Source of the DNA: Candidatus Dojkabacteria bacterium
GTDB taxonomy: Bacteria > Patescibacteriota > Dojkabacteria > B142 > OLB20
Assembly: GCA_020429395.1 (NCBI GenBank)
Contig: JAGQLL010000025.1
Coordinates: 810-45,929, forward strand
Reading direction: 5' to 3'
Length of the DNA stretch: 45,120 nucleotides
The notes beneath the pieces are model-generated. The model worked only from the letters and a program-made list of their open reading frames with translations. It was not told the origin of the DNA and searched no databases. Made by a program: the position numbers and the translations under genes. Positions 9,509 through 18,395 of the stretch are shown here, piece after piece. Each line of letters starts with the position of its first letter. The first letter of the stretch is position 1.

Positions 9509-10093
9509 ATGGCAAGATATACAGGACCAAAATGGAAAATTAGCAGAAGAGAGAATTATGATATCTTCGGTAGTGAAACATGGCGAAAGAGACCAAATCC
9601 ACCTGGAGTACACACAACATCAAAATCCAGACCTTCAAACTATGCAGTTCAATTTAGAGAAAAGCAAAAAGTGAAGAGAATTTATGGATTGATGGAAAAA
9701 CAATTCAAAAAAATCTATCAAGATGCTAGTAAGGCTACAGGTAATACCGGAACTAGAATGTTGCAATTATTGGAACTTAGATTGGATAATGTCGTTTATA
9801 GACTTAAACTCGCGAAAACCAGAAACCAGGCTAGACAATTTGTAACACATGGACATGTTATTGTTAATGGTCAAAAGGTTACTATTCCTTCATATTCTAT
9901 GAAAGTTGGTGATCAAGTAGCATTGGATCCTAAATTCCAAAAAGAAGACCACATAAAAGTGATGCAAGCAGAGCTTAAAAATGTAAAAGTACCAGAATGG
10001 CTTAAAGAAGGACAAGTAAAAACCTTACCAACAAGAGATATGCTAGATCAGGGTATTGAAGAACAGCAAATTATTGAGTTCTATTCACGATGA
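9509..10093 (+). CDS. rpsD: 30S ribosomal protein S4
   Basis: MARYTGPKWKISRRE...LELRLDNVVYRLKLAKTRNQARQFVTHGHVIVNGQKV (S4 domain). Confidence 0.95.
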   Translation: MARYTGPKWKISRRENYDIFGSETWRKRPNPPGVHTTSKSRPSNYAVQFREKQKVKRIYGLMEKQFKKIYQDASKATGNTGTRMLQLLELRLDNVVYRLKLAKTRNQARQFVTHGHVIVNGQKVTIPSYSMKVGDQVALDPKFQKEDHIKVMQAELKNVKVPEWLKEGQVKTLPTRDMLDQGIEEQQIIEFYSR

Positions 10094-10120
10094 TAATTAT
10101 TTTAAATTAGATCTATTAAC

Positions 10121-11068
10121 ATGATTTCACTTGATAAATTTAAAGTTAAAGTTGTAAAAGATGATCCAGGATTAGGACAGATTCAGATTGGTCCACTTCC
10201 AAGTGGGTATGGTCATACATTGGGAAATACATTGAGAAGAATTCTTCTTTCCTCAGTACCTGGTGCAGCTGTTACATCAGTTAAAATTGATGGAGTAAAG
10301 CACGAATACACTAGTATGGACAATGTCCAAGAAGATGTGATTTTTGTTATTTTGAAGCTCAAAAATTTAGCACTAAAAAAATATAGTGATGATCCTACAA
10401 CCCTTACATTAAATGTAAAAGGTAGTAAAGATAAAGTTACTGTAGTTACAGCTAATGATTTTGATGTTCCAAGTGATGTTGAAATCATAAACAAGGACTT
10501 AGAGATAACAACACTTACTGGAGAGACCTCATTGAAATTAGAGGTAATTGTAGAAAATGGAGTTGGATATTCATACGCAGACGAAGAAAAACGTAAAGAA
10601 ATTGGAGTAATTCCAGTTGATTCAAACTTTAGTCCTGTAAATAGAGTAGATGTAAATATTACAAAAGCTAGATTAGGTGAATATACCGATCTTGACCAAA
10701 TTGATTTGGATATTTATACAAATGCTACTGTTACAGCTTCTGAAGCTTTGTTAAAAGCTGGCGAAATTTATGACGAAATGGCAAATAGACTTTTAGCACA
10801 ATTTGGTGGTGATCCTATATTAGCTGAGGAAAATATCATTAAAGAAGAAGCAGATCATGAACAAACAGAAGATAAAATTTTAGTGAGCCAACTTAATCTA
10901 TCAACTAGATTAACAAATGCATTATTGAATTCAGGCATCAGTGACCTAAGAGGCTTAGCAGGACTTCCAAGAGAAGAAGTTGCTAATTTCAAAGGAATGG
11001 GTAAAAAATCAATGACAGAATTAGAAGAGATAATGGCTGACAAAGGATTAACATTTGAAATAAATTAA
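10121..11068 (+). CDS. rpoA: DNA-directed RNA polymerase subunit alpha
   Basis: IQIGPLPSGYGHTLGNTLRRILLSSVPGAAVTSVKIDGV, plus a C-terminal domain LNLSTRLTNALLNSGI... Confidence 0.95.
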   Translation: MISLDKFKVKVVKDDPGLGQIQIGPLPSGYGHTLGNTLRRILLSSVPGAAVTSVKIDGVKHEYTSMDNVQEDVIFVILKLKNLALKKYSDDPTTLTLNVKGSKDKVTVVTANDFDVPSDVEIINKDLEITTLTGETSLKLEVIVENGVGYSYADEEKRKEIGVIPVDSNFSPVNRVDVNITKARLGEYTDLDQIDLDIYTNATVTASEALLKAGEIYDEMANRLLAQFGGDPILAEENIIKEEADHEQTEDKILVSQLNLSTRLTNALLNSGISDLRGLAGLPREEVANFKGMGKKSMTELEEIMADKGLTFEIN

Positions 11069-11071
11069 TAG

Positions 11072-11602
11072 ATGAACAATAGACCGAAAATAACAAAACT
11101 TGCAAGTAATAAAGCTCATTCAGAATCATTGAAGAGAAGTTTACTAACTGATTTGGTTACTTATGAATATTTAGAAACTACAGCAAGTAAAGCGAAAGCG
11201 ATTGTTCCTCTTTTTGACAAAATGATTAATATCGCAAAAGAAAAGAACAAAAGACATGCAGAGATGAAGTTAAATAAAATTTTGTTTAGTAAATTGGCAA
11301 CCGAGAAGGTACTAAATATCCTTTCTAAAAGATTGGATGATTCTGACGGCGGTTATCTAAATTTATACAAAACAGGCTTGAGGAAAGGTGATAATGCTCC
11401 TATGATCAAAATGATCGTGAAAGGCTATGTTTACAAAGAAATTGGTGCAAAGAAAACCTCTAAAAAGTCAAAAAAGAAAGAAACACCTGTTGCTGAAGCA
11501 AAAAAATATGATGTGAGTGAAATAAAAGACATGTCACAATCACAAAACCAAAATATGGAAAAAGGTGCACAAGGAAAAGCTAAATCTAGATCAGGTATTT
11601 AA
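11072..11602 (+). CDS. rplQ: 50S ribosomal protein L17 with ~55-aa Lys-rich C-terminal extension
   Basis: KLASNKAHSESLKRSLLTDLVTYEYLETTASKAKAIVP matches the L17 pattern, and the gene follows rpoA. The tail is KKTSKKSKKKETPVAEAKK.... Confidence 0.85.
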   Translation: MNNRPKITKLASNKAHSESLKRSLLTDLVTYEYLETTASKAKAIVPLFDKMINIAKEKNKRHAEMKLNKILFSKLATEKVLNILSKRLDDSDGGYLNLYKTGLRKGDNAPMIKMIVKGYVYKEIGAKKTSKKSKKKETPVAEAKKYDVSEIKDMSQSQNQNMEKGAQGKAKSRSGI

Positions 11603-11607
11603 TAATA

Positions 11608-12048
11608 ATGAAAAACACTACAGTAATAAAAAAGCAAGACTTGAATAAAAAATGGTATCTAGTTGACGCCAAGGGTGTTCGACTGGGTAGATTGGCTACC
11701 TATTGTGCTAGTATTTTGATTGGTAAAAATAAAACTACAAAAACAACCAATATGGTAGGAGGTGATGCACTAGTAATCATAAATGCTAAAGAAGTTGATG
11801 TTTACAAAGAAAAACTAAAAAAGAAAAAATATTATACTCACTCAACTTATCGTGGTGGTTTCAAAGAGGTACCTCTAGAAGAAATGCTAGACAAATTCCC
11901 TGAGAGAGTTATAGAAAAAGCAATCTCTGGTATGTTACCAAAAACAAAGCTAAGAGATGAATTTTTAAATAATCTTTATGTTTATGCAGATGATAAACAT
12001 AAACACGATTCACAAAAACCAGTTAAACTTGAAATTAAAACCAAATGA
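11608..12048 (+). CDS. rplM: 50S ribosomal protein L13
   Basis: KWYLVDAKGVRLGRLAT...YYTHSTYRGGFKEV...ISGMLPK is canonical L13. Confidence 0.9.
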   Translation: MKNTTVIKKQDLNKKWYLVDAKGVRLGRLATYCASILIGKNKTTKTTNMVGGDALVIINAKEVDVYKEKLKKKKYYTHSTYRGGFKEVPLEEMLDKFPERVIEKAISGMLPKTKLRDEFLNNLYVYADDKHKHDSQKPVKLEIKTK

Positions 12049-12515
12049 CAGATACCAAAAAAGATACAAAATCAAAAGTAAAACCAAAAGCAGCTAAAGA
12101 AGTTAAAGCTGAACCAAAAGCAAAGGTTGAGAAATACTATTATGCTCTTGGAAGAAGAAAAACTGCTGTAGCTACAGTGAGATTGTTTGAATCAAAAGGC
12201 ACTAGTACAGTAAATGGAATGGATCTGAAACAATATTTTCCACTTAAATCCGACCAAAAAGTAGTAAATGGACCGCTAATACTACTAGAAAAATTAACAG
12301 ATTTTTACTTTACTTCAAAAGTAAAGGGTGGTGGAAAAAAAGCTCAAAGAGAAGCAATCAGTTTGGGTATTGCTAGAGCATTTGTAAAATCAGACGAAAC
12401 TCTTAAAGCTACACTTAGAAAAGCATCTTTCATGACTCGTGATGATAGAATGGTTGAGAGAAAGAAAACTGGCAAAGTCAAAGCTAGAAAATCTCATCAA
12501 TTCTCGAAACGTTAA
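12045..12515 (+). CDS. rpsI: 30S ribosomal protein S9 with Lys-rich N-terminal extension
   Basis: YYALGRRKTAVATVRL...GGGKKAQREAISLGIARA...TRDDRMVERKKTGKVKARKSHQFSKR is canonical S9. ATGA overlap with rplM. Confidence 0.9.
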   Translation: MTDTKKDTKSKVKPKAAKEVKAEPKAKVEKYYYALGRRKTAVATVRLFESKGTSTVNGMDLKQYFPLKSDQKVVNGPLILLEKLTDFYFTSKVKGGGKKAQREAISLGIARAFVKSDETLKATLRKASFMTRDDRMVERKKTGKVKARKSHQFSKR

Positions 12516-12610
12516 TCATAAGTATTTCCATTCGGTTATATTCAATGTTCTTTTCCTAAAAATAAATTAGGATTAATAGATTTTTTTAGATTTCCTTCGC
12601 ACGAATCAAT

Positions 12611-12619
12611 TGCTATAAT
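12611..12619 (+). promoter_or_regulatory. Candidate extended -10 promoter element (TGcTATAAT) upstream of the PEGA gene
   Basis: TGCTATAAT at 12611-12619, in the 136-142 nt gap after rpsI. A weak -35-like TTTCCT lies 17 nt upstream of the TATAAT. Confidence 0.3.
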
Positions 12620-12657
12620 TTTAATCAATAGGGTTTCCTATTAGATTTTTATTGAAT

Positions 12658-13338
12658 ATGCGCAAAGCAACGAGAATTTCATTATTAATTTTATCTCTGA
12701 TATTATTGGCATTCTGGTCACCATGGCAGTCATGGAATTTTGAATGGATTAATATTTTTGGGATTGATTCCAAAGACAGTTATAGTGGTTTGAAGGTCAA
12801 ATCTTTTTCCGGTGAAATGGAGGTTTTTATAGATGGAGAGTCAGCAGGTATTACTACGGACCAAGAATCATTTCTCGAAGTCTATCCTATAAACCCTGGA
12901 GAGCATAACATAAAGATTGTTCGTCCTAATAATGATGGATTCTATGCAGAATTCGAAAGAAATATTAACTTTGAGAGTGAGGTCGACGTTGTTATTGGCT
13001 ACGATCTTGGTCCTTCATCTTTATTCTCTGAAGGACATATACTTACCGCGAAAAAGAGCTTCACAAAAGGAGCTGAACCTACATTAGATATACTTTCGAC
13101 AGTAGACGATGTAGATGTTAAACTAGATGGAAGAGACATCGGTAAAACACCTTTAAGGTCAGTTCCGATTGCAATAGACAGCACTCACATATTAAGTTTT
13201 AGCAAGACAGGTTTTGATTCCTTAGAGATAGAGATTTTGCCTACAGAACAATCGGAGAGAGACAAATTGAAAGATGTCGAATTAAGTTTAGAGGTTAATT
13301 TATTTGCAAAACCAGTTGAATTAACTGCCCAACAATGA
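12658..13338 (+). CDS. Membrane-anchored PEGA-domain protein
   Basis: N-terminal TM segment (ISLLILSLILLAFW). Two PEGA-like repeats: MEVFIDGESAGIT and VDVKLDGRDIGKTPL. I prefer the ATG at 12658 over the TTG at 12652. Confidence 0.55.
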   Translation: MRKATRISLLILSLILLAFWSPWQSWNFEWINIFGIDSKDSYSGLKVKSFSGEMEVFIDGESAGITTDQESFLEVYPINPGEHNIKIVRPNNDGFYAEFERNINFESEVDVVIGYDLGPSSLFSEGHILTAKKSFTKGAEPTLDILSTVDDVDVKLDGRDIGKTPLRSVPIAIDSTHILSFSKTGFDSLEIEILPTEQSERDKLKDVELSLEVNLFAKPVELTAQQ

Positions 13339-16300
13339 ATGTAGTCAAAAAATTACATGGTTCAGTGAGGTTTCCTACCTCTATTATTGTTAAAGGTGCG
13401 AATGTGCTGGGAGTTGAGATTGCACGTTCACTTCTAGAGCAGGGAGGTTATGTGATAATAATTGATAGCGAGAGTAATGCATCACGAAAACTACTTGATC
13501 CGCTAGTCCAATACAAGAATCTTACCGTCTTAAACTATTCCGCAATCAACACACTCGGTATGGATCTACGGAGATTAGATTATGTATTTTATTTTGAACA
13601 CAAATCTACTCATTTAAGGGAAAAGATCTCTACTCAGAAATATCTGCAAAATTCCAACTACTTGGATTCAATGCTAGATTTATGTTCAAAATTTGATTCA
13701 AAATTTCTACTCACCACTTCGATAAAAGCCCATCAACTAAATATCTCGAATGCACATGTTGACTATAATTATGGTTTGAATAGCACTTCAAATCATTCCC
13801 AATATATGGAACTCGAGATTCAAAGATATTCCGAAAGTCTGGTACAAGAATATATTCAGCGCGTTGGAATAAATGCTCGAATACTTCGGTTAGGGGAGAT
13901 TATTGGTAGAGGAACAGAATTTGATCAGAATTCCAGTTTGATAAAGCTGATTAGAAATGGACTTGAAGGGAAGGATTTGAAAGTGCCCGGAGATGGTCTT
14001 GAAGCAAATTACTACATTCATTATCTAGATGCCGCCTACGGTGTCCTGAAGGCTCAATTTTCAGCTAGTTCAAAGGGAAGGATTTTTACTTTAGCAAATC
14101 CGGAAGAGGTTACAATTCTTTCAATTGCTTACAAGCTTTTAGAGTTGTTACCAACTGCAAGAGAAATACGATTTGATAGTGAGGACGATCAATTCCCATC
14201 TTTGATTTTGTATAAACCAGCCGAAAGTCTTTCTACAATTGGCTGGAAACCCCGGATCGAATTTGACAGATCACTGATACAAACAATTGAATACATTCAA
14301 GAATTATTAATAATTGAAAAAGCACTTAAAGAGGATAGTACCTTGAAAGTAGCGCAAGGAAAGAATATGTCTGATAAGATTAGAGACTTCTTTTTTGTTG
14401 CGGAAAATGAAGGAAGTGAAGGAGATGCAATTTCAAAATTGATTGCAGAAAGGAAAAAGCTTGATATGGCAAGGACAGGCAATATGATCCAAGCTAATGT
14501 AGGCAAAAAGTCTGCGACTAAACCAATAGTAAAACAATCTTTTTTACAAACAATTGACACTACACTTCATGACATCTTGTTTGGTTTCAGTAGAAGAATA
14601 TTTTTTCTAAAAAATGTAACTGTAACAGATTTTATTGTCACCTTATTTTTGATTACGGGCTTTGCTGTAATATATTTTATGTTAATTTCCCCATTATTTA
14701 GCTTAAGTAGAAATATTTTCTCTACCAGGGTTTATTATGACCGTGTTATTGAAAATGTCTCAAATTTGAATTTTGAAGAAGCTAGAAACAACAATCTCAA
14801 ACTTAAGAACAATCTAGAATCTGCTCAGTTAAGAGTTGAGGATTTACAATATTTGTTTTCTTTATTAAATAAAGATGATTTATATAGCTCAACTCAGAAA
14901 TATATTGAAAGTTCTATAGATTATTCAGAAGGGTACGGAAATTTATTAGATGCATACACGCCAATGCAATCAATAATTTATAATTCAAATCCCAATTTAG
15001 TGTATAGATTTGGAGAAGATAAGTTGCTTAGTGTAAATGATACAGGGAATTTCAAAGAAGAGTTGGATCAAATGTATAGCCAAAGGGGGATCATTGAGGA
15101 TAACCTTGCTAGAGTTGCATCGGCAAAAGAAGAGTCCAATATCTATTCCCAGAAATTACCTACTAATTTAATTCAAAATATTTCGGAAAAAATGTTAGAT
15201 TTGGACGAGAAATTCAAATCATCACAATTCATTGCAAATCAATATAATAATCTACCATTGCTTATGGGACGAGAGAAACCTGTAAATTATCTTGTTGTTG
15301 TACAAGACAATACAAGATACAGCAGTTCAGGTGGCGCTATTGTTGGTTTTATTAATTTCACAATTGAGCAAGGATCTATTAAGAGCATTAATACAGAGGT
15401 GCTTAGGACTCCTGTATTCAATAAAGATGTTGTGACATCTGACGTCCTGTCCTCTATAAACTTAGTTTCAAGCAAAGAAGTTAGTACCGACAACATAGTA
15501 TTTCAAGATTTATACAATATCTCCGAACCTACTCTCTTCTTAAATGTTATAAAGAGAAATTATGAATTAAACTCAAAAACAAATATTGACTTAGTCTTAT
15601 CAACTAATGTAGGAACATTGAGTAGATCTATGCAAAACTTCGGTGAGATTAATTTCAGACAACTTAATTTCAATGATGACAATCTGCTCAATAACATTAG
15701 TTTATTAAATAACACAAATGATCCAATTGCTAGAAATGAGATCATTATGAATCTATACGCAAAAAATATTGCTGATGGTTTCAACAATCTTAATAACAAT
15801 ATTAACGATATTGTTATTACAATGGCATCGTCACACGACACAAAGGATATGCTCTATTACACAAGTAATCCTGAATTTGAGTCATTTATTAGATCGATTA
15901 CAGGAGTTTCATACTCACCAAATGCCGAGTTGTATTTTGGAATGAATCATGACCCAGAATCAAAAAGTGATTTGACGAAATATCCAATTTCAACAATTTC
16001 TGGAAGTATTAATATTGATGCAGAGTATGTTACTAAGTCGGCATTAAATTTGAGATTAAATAATGTTGAAAATCTTCAAAATGGTTATCTTTGCGTATCT
16101 GGAGGTGCCCAGAATATTGAGAACATTGACGTATCTCCAGAATTAGTATCAACTACTTATTCTGTAGACAAAACTTGTAACATTTATCTAAAAGACGATG
16201 ATATGTCTTATGGGATGAACTATACCTCAAGTCAATTCGCAAATCCGGAAACAAAACAAACAATTTTTATGTTAAGATTAAACAAGAATCCTGGAATTGA

Positions 16301-16445
16301 AAGCAACTTTGACTTAGAGTTTGCCTTTGACCAGAATTTTGAAGTTACTCCTGAAGGAACAGACTTTATCAAAGAAAATAATACATTTATTTATTCTGGA
16401 ATACTTACAGGAGATAAGATTTTTAAGTTTGAATTAAAAAAATAA
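13335..16445 (+). CDS. 1036-aa fusion: N-terminal extended-SDR (NAD-epimerase/dehydratase-like, apparently degenerate) domain, a TM helix, and a C-terminal DUF4012-like domain
   Basis: The N-terminal ~330 aa resemble UXS/GalE-type SDRs (VKGANVLGVEIARSL, QYMELEIQRYSESL, ARILRLGEIIGRG). A TM segment follows (FIVTLFLITGFAVIYFMLISPLF, ~nt 14620-14700). The motif NYLVVVQDNTRYSSSGGAIVGF (nt ~15287-15350) matches my recollection of the DUF4012 signature YLvlfQNN.E.R.tGGfiGs. ATGA overlap with the PEGA gene. Confidence 0.5.
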   Translation: MNVVKKLHGSVRFPTSIIVKGANVLGVEIARSLLEQGGYVIIIDSESNASRKLLDPLVQYKNLTVLNYSAINTLGMDLRRLDYVFYFEHKSTHLREKISTQKYLQNSNYLDSMLDLCSKFDSKFLLTTSIKAHQLNISNAHVDYNYGLNSTSNHSQYMELEIQRYSESLVQEYIQRVGINARILRLGEIIGRGTEFDQNSSLIKLIRNGLEGKDLKVPGDGLEANYYIHYLDAAYGVLKAQFSASSKGRIFTLANPEEVTILSIAYKLLELLPTAREIRFDSEDDQFPSLILYKPAESLSTIGWKPRIEFDRSLIQTIEYIQELLIIEKALKEDSTLKVAQGKNMSDKIRDFFFVAENEGSEGDAISKLIAERKKLDMARTGNMIQANVGKKSATKPIVKQSFLQTIDTTLHDILFGFSRRIFFLKNVTVTDFIVTLFLITGFAVIYFMLISPLFSLSRNIFSTRVYYDRVIENVSNLNFEEARNNNLKLKNNLESAQLRVEDLQYLFSLLNKDDLYSSTQKYIESSIDYSEGYGNLLDAYTPMQSIIYNSNPNLVYRFGEDKLLSVNDTGNFKEELDQMYSQRGIIEDNLARVASAKEESNIYSQKLPTNLIQNISEKMLDLDEKFKSSQFIANQYNNLPLLMGREKPVNYLVVVQDNTRYSSSGGAIVGFINFTIEQGSIKSINTEVLRTPVFNKDVVTSDVLSSINLVSSKEVSTDNIVFQDLYNISEPTLFLNVIKRNYELNSKTNIDLVLSTNVGTLSRSMQNFGEINFRQLNFNDDNLLNNISLLNNTNDPIARNEIIMNLYAKNIADGFNNLNNNINDIVITMASSHDTKDMLYYTSNPEFESFIRSITGVSYSPNAELYFGMNHDPESKSDLTKYPISTISGSINIDAEYVTKSALNLRLNNVENLQNGYLCVSGGAQNIENIDVSPELVSTTYSVDKTCNIYLKDDDMSYGMNYTSSQFANPETKQTIFMLRLNKNPGIESNFDLEFAFDQNFEVTPEGTDFIKENNTFIYSGILTGDKIFKFELKK

Positions 16446-16446
16446 C

Positions 16447-16914
16447 ATGAATAACCCAAAACAAATTTTCACACAAGAAGGTTACGACAAGATTGTCTCA
16501 GAAATTGAGGAACGGGAAACTACTACTAGAACAAAAATTGCAGATGAAATTGAGAAAGCTAGACAACAAGGTGATTTGTCAGAAAATGCTGCTTATAAAG
16601 CATCTATCGAAGCAAAAGAATTTAATGAAAATCGTATAAATCAACTTAGGGAACTTCTAGCCAATGCTGAGGTTTCTTCAAATTCCTTCTCAGGAGTTGT
16701 AGATCTTGGCAGAAAGGTTACAATCCAAAAAGTTGATGGTGGAGGAGATATAGAGTACATAATAGTTGGACATAATGAAGCAAATCCAACTGAAAGGAAG
16801 ATTTCTTTAGATTCACCTTTAGGTAAATCACTCTCTGGCAAAAAGAAAGGGGATAAAGTTATAGTTAACACACCTGGTGGGTCAGTGGAGTTTGTCATTA
16901 AAAATATAAAATAA
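16447..16914 (+). CDS. greA: Transcription elongation factor GreA
   Basis: TQEGYDKIVSEIEE...ARQQGDLSENAAYKASIEAKEFNENRINQL, plus a C-terminal ISLDSPLGKSLSGKKKGD. Confidence 0.9.
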   Translation: MNNPKQIFTQEGYDKIVSEIEERETTTRTKIADEIEKARQQGDLSENAAYKASIEAKEFNENRINQLRELLANAEVSSNSFSGVVDLGRKVTIQKVDGGGDIEYIIVGHNEANPTERKISLDSPLGKSLSGKKKGDKVIVNTPGGSVEFVIKNIK

Positions 16915-17712
16915 ATGGAAAGACACGCAGTCCCTCAAAATATTATGGAAGTGGAGTTCAAACTCTTTGGTGCTTTATCAGTAAAGCAGTTCGCATACTT
17001 AGCTGGGTTTTTAATGTTAGCTCTTCTAATTTATTTTACACCACTACCAGGCTTATTGAGGTTCGTATTGATTATCTTAGCTGTAATTCTTGGAATATTT
17101 CTATCCTTGATAAAAATTAATGGTCAATACTCATCTGTATGGCTTACGAATTTTATTGTAGCCATGTTTACATCTCAAGAGCGAGTTTGGAAAAAAACTG
17201 GAGTTGTTCCAGATGTATTTCATGAGGAAGTACGTAAAACAAAAGAAGAAACACTTGAAAAGGTGAAAAAAGAAGGTCGGATAAAAGCATCAATTGCTCC
17301 TTTGAGCAAATTTGAAGTTAAGATGACACCCACCGTAGCAGACAGAGAGGAAGAATTAAGACTAAAACAAATTGAACAAACAATGTTTGGAACGGACACA
17401 TCACAGAAAACTATCGATACACAAGATGATAGAAATATTCAATCGGGATTGAGTAGTGGAATGAGCATCAAAGGTTACGTTGTAGATAAAGAATCCAATC
17501 CAGTTAAAGACGCTTTGGTTAGTGTAAATGCAGAAGGTGGTGAATTCATAAAAGAAATTACAACTGATGAGAGGGGTTACTTTGATTTAGGGATGCCACT
17601 AAGCCCTGGAGTGTACTTTGCTAGCATTGCTGCACCAAAGATGGTTTTTGAATATTACAAAATCAGACTGAAACCAAATCAAGATACACTATATAAATTT
17701 AAAGCAAAATAA
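16915..17712 (+). CDS. PrgI/VirB3-like membrane protein fused to a carboxypeptidase-regulatory-like beta-sandwich domain
   Basis: The N-terminus HAVPQNIMEVEFKLFGALSVKQFAYLAGFLMLALLIYF plus a second TM helix is the PrgI-family pattern. The C-terminus IKGYVVDKESNPVKDALVSV...TTDERGYFDL...PGVYF is CarboxypepD_reg-like. The gene starts 1 nt after the greA stop. Confidence 0.55.
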   Translation: MERHAVPQNIMEVEFKLFGALSVKQFAYLAGFLMLALLIYFTPLPGLLRFVLIILAVILGIFLSLIKINGQYSSVWLTNFIVAMFTSQERVWKKTGVVPDVFHEEVRKTKEETLEKVKKEGRIKASIAPLSKFEVKMTPTVADREEELRLKQIEQTMFGTDTSQKTIDTQDDRNIQSGLSSGMSIKGYVVDKESNPVKDALVSVNAEGGEFIKEITTDERGYFDLGMPLSPGVYFASIAAPKMVFEYYKIRLKPNQDTLYKFKAK

Positions 17713-18395
17713 TGGGAGTTCTATCAAGCGCAAAAATTAGCACACAAGATCATCTTGAAATAGAAGATATTCGAGACGATCTCGTACTTTTAAAAGATGG
17801 ACGGGTTTCTCTAGTCATAGAAACAGGTGCTGTAAACTTTGATCTACTATCAGAGGAAGAACAAGACGCAAAGATCAAAATGTTCGCTGGCATGTTAAAC
17901 TCCCTTAATTTCCAGATGCAAGTTGTAATTCTAACGGAAAGATCAGATTTGACGGGATATGTTGAAAAGCTTGTATCATTCAAACAGCAACAAGCATCAA
18001 AACCATTAGTAAGACAAATAGAAATATATTTACAATTCATTAAAAACTTAACTTACAATAGAGAAGTTTTAGATAAAAGATTTTTTATTGTTATTCCGGA
18101 GATTTCAGCAGAGGTTCAAAGGACGGGTATTGTTAAGCAGATTTTTGGAAAAAGAGTTCAAATAACAAACAGAAAAGCGATATTTGATAAAGCAAAAATT
18201 AATCTATATCCCAAACGAGATCACGTGTTCAAACAATTTAAAAAACTTGGAATTGAAGCGTGGCAACTTAACAATGAACAACTTGTTAGACTTTATTATT
18301 CGATGTACGATCCTGACAAAATCGGTTCAAAGAATCTGGAGTTGACAACAACTAAATATACTTCTTTTAAAGCGGATGAAACTACCAAAACTTAA
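17712..18395 (+). CDS. Hypothetical protein, possibly a VirB4 N-terminal-domain-like T4SS accessory protein
   Basis: TAATG overlap with the PrgI-like gene and a 20-nt overlap with the VirB4-like gene. The pattern IEDIRDDLVLLKDGRVSLVIETGAVNFDLLSEEEQDAKIKMFAGMLNSL resembles N-terminal regions of Gram-positive conjugative VirB4 ATPases, as far as I recall. Confidence 0.35.
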   Translation: MGVLSSAKISTQDHLEIEDIRDDLVLLKDGRVSLVIETGAVNFDLLSEEEQDAKIKMFAGMLNSLNFQMQVVILTERSDLTGYVEKLVSFKQQQASKPLVRQIEIYLQFIKNLTYNREVLDKRFFIVIPEISAEVQRTGIVKQIFGKRVQITNRKAIFDKAKINLYPKRDHVFKQFKKLGIEAWQLNNEQLVRLYYSMYDPDKIGSKNLELTTTKYTSFKADETTKT

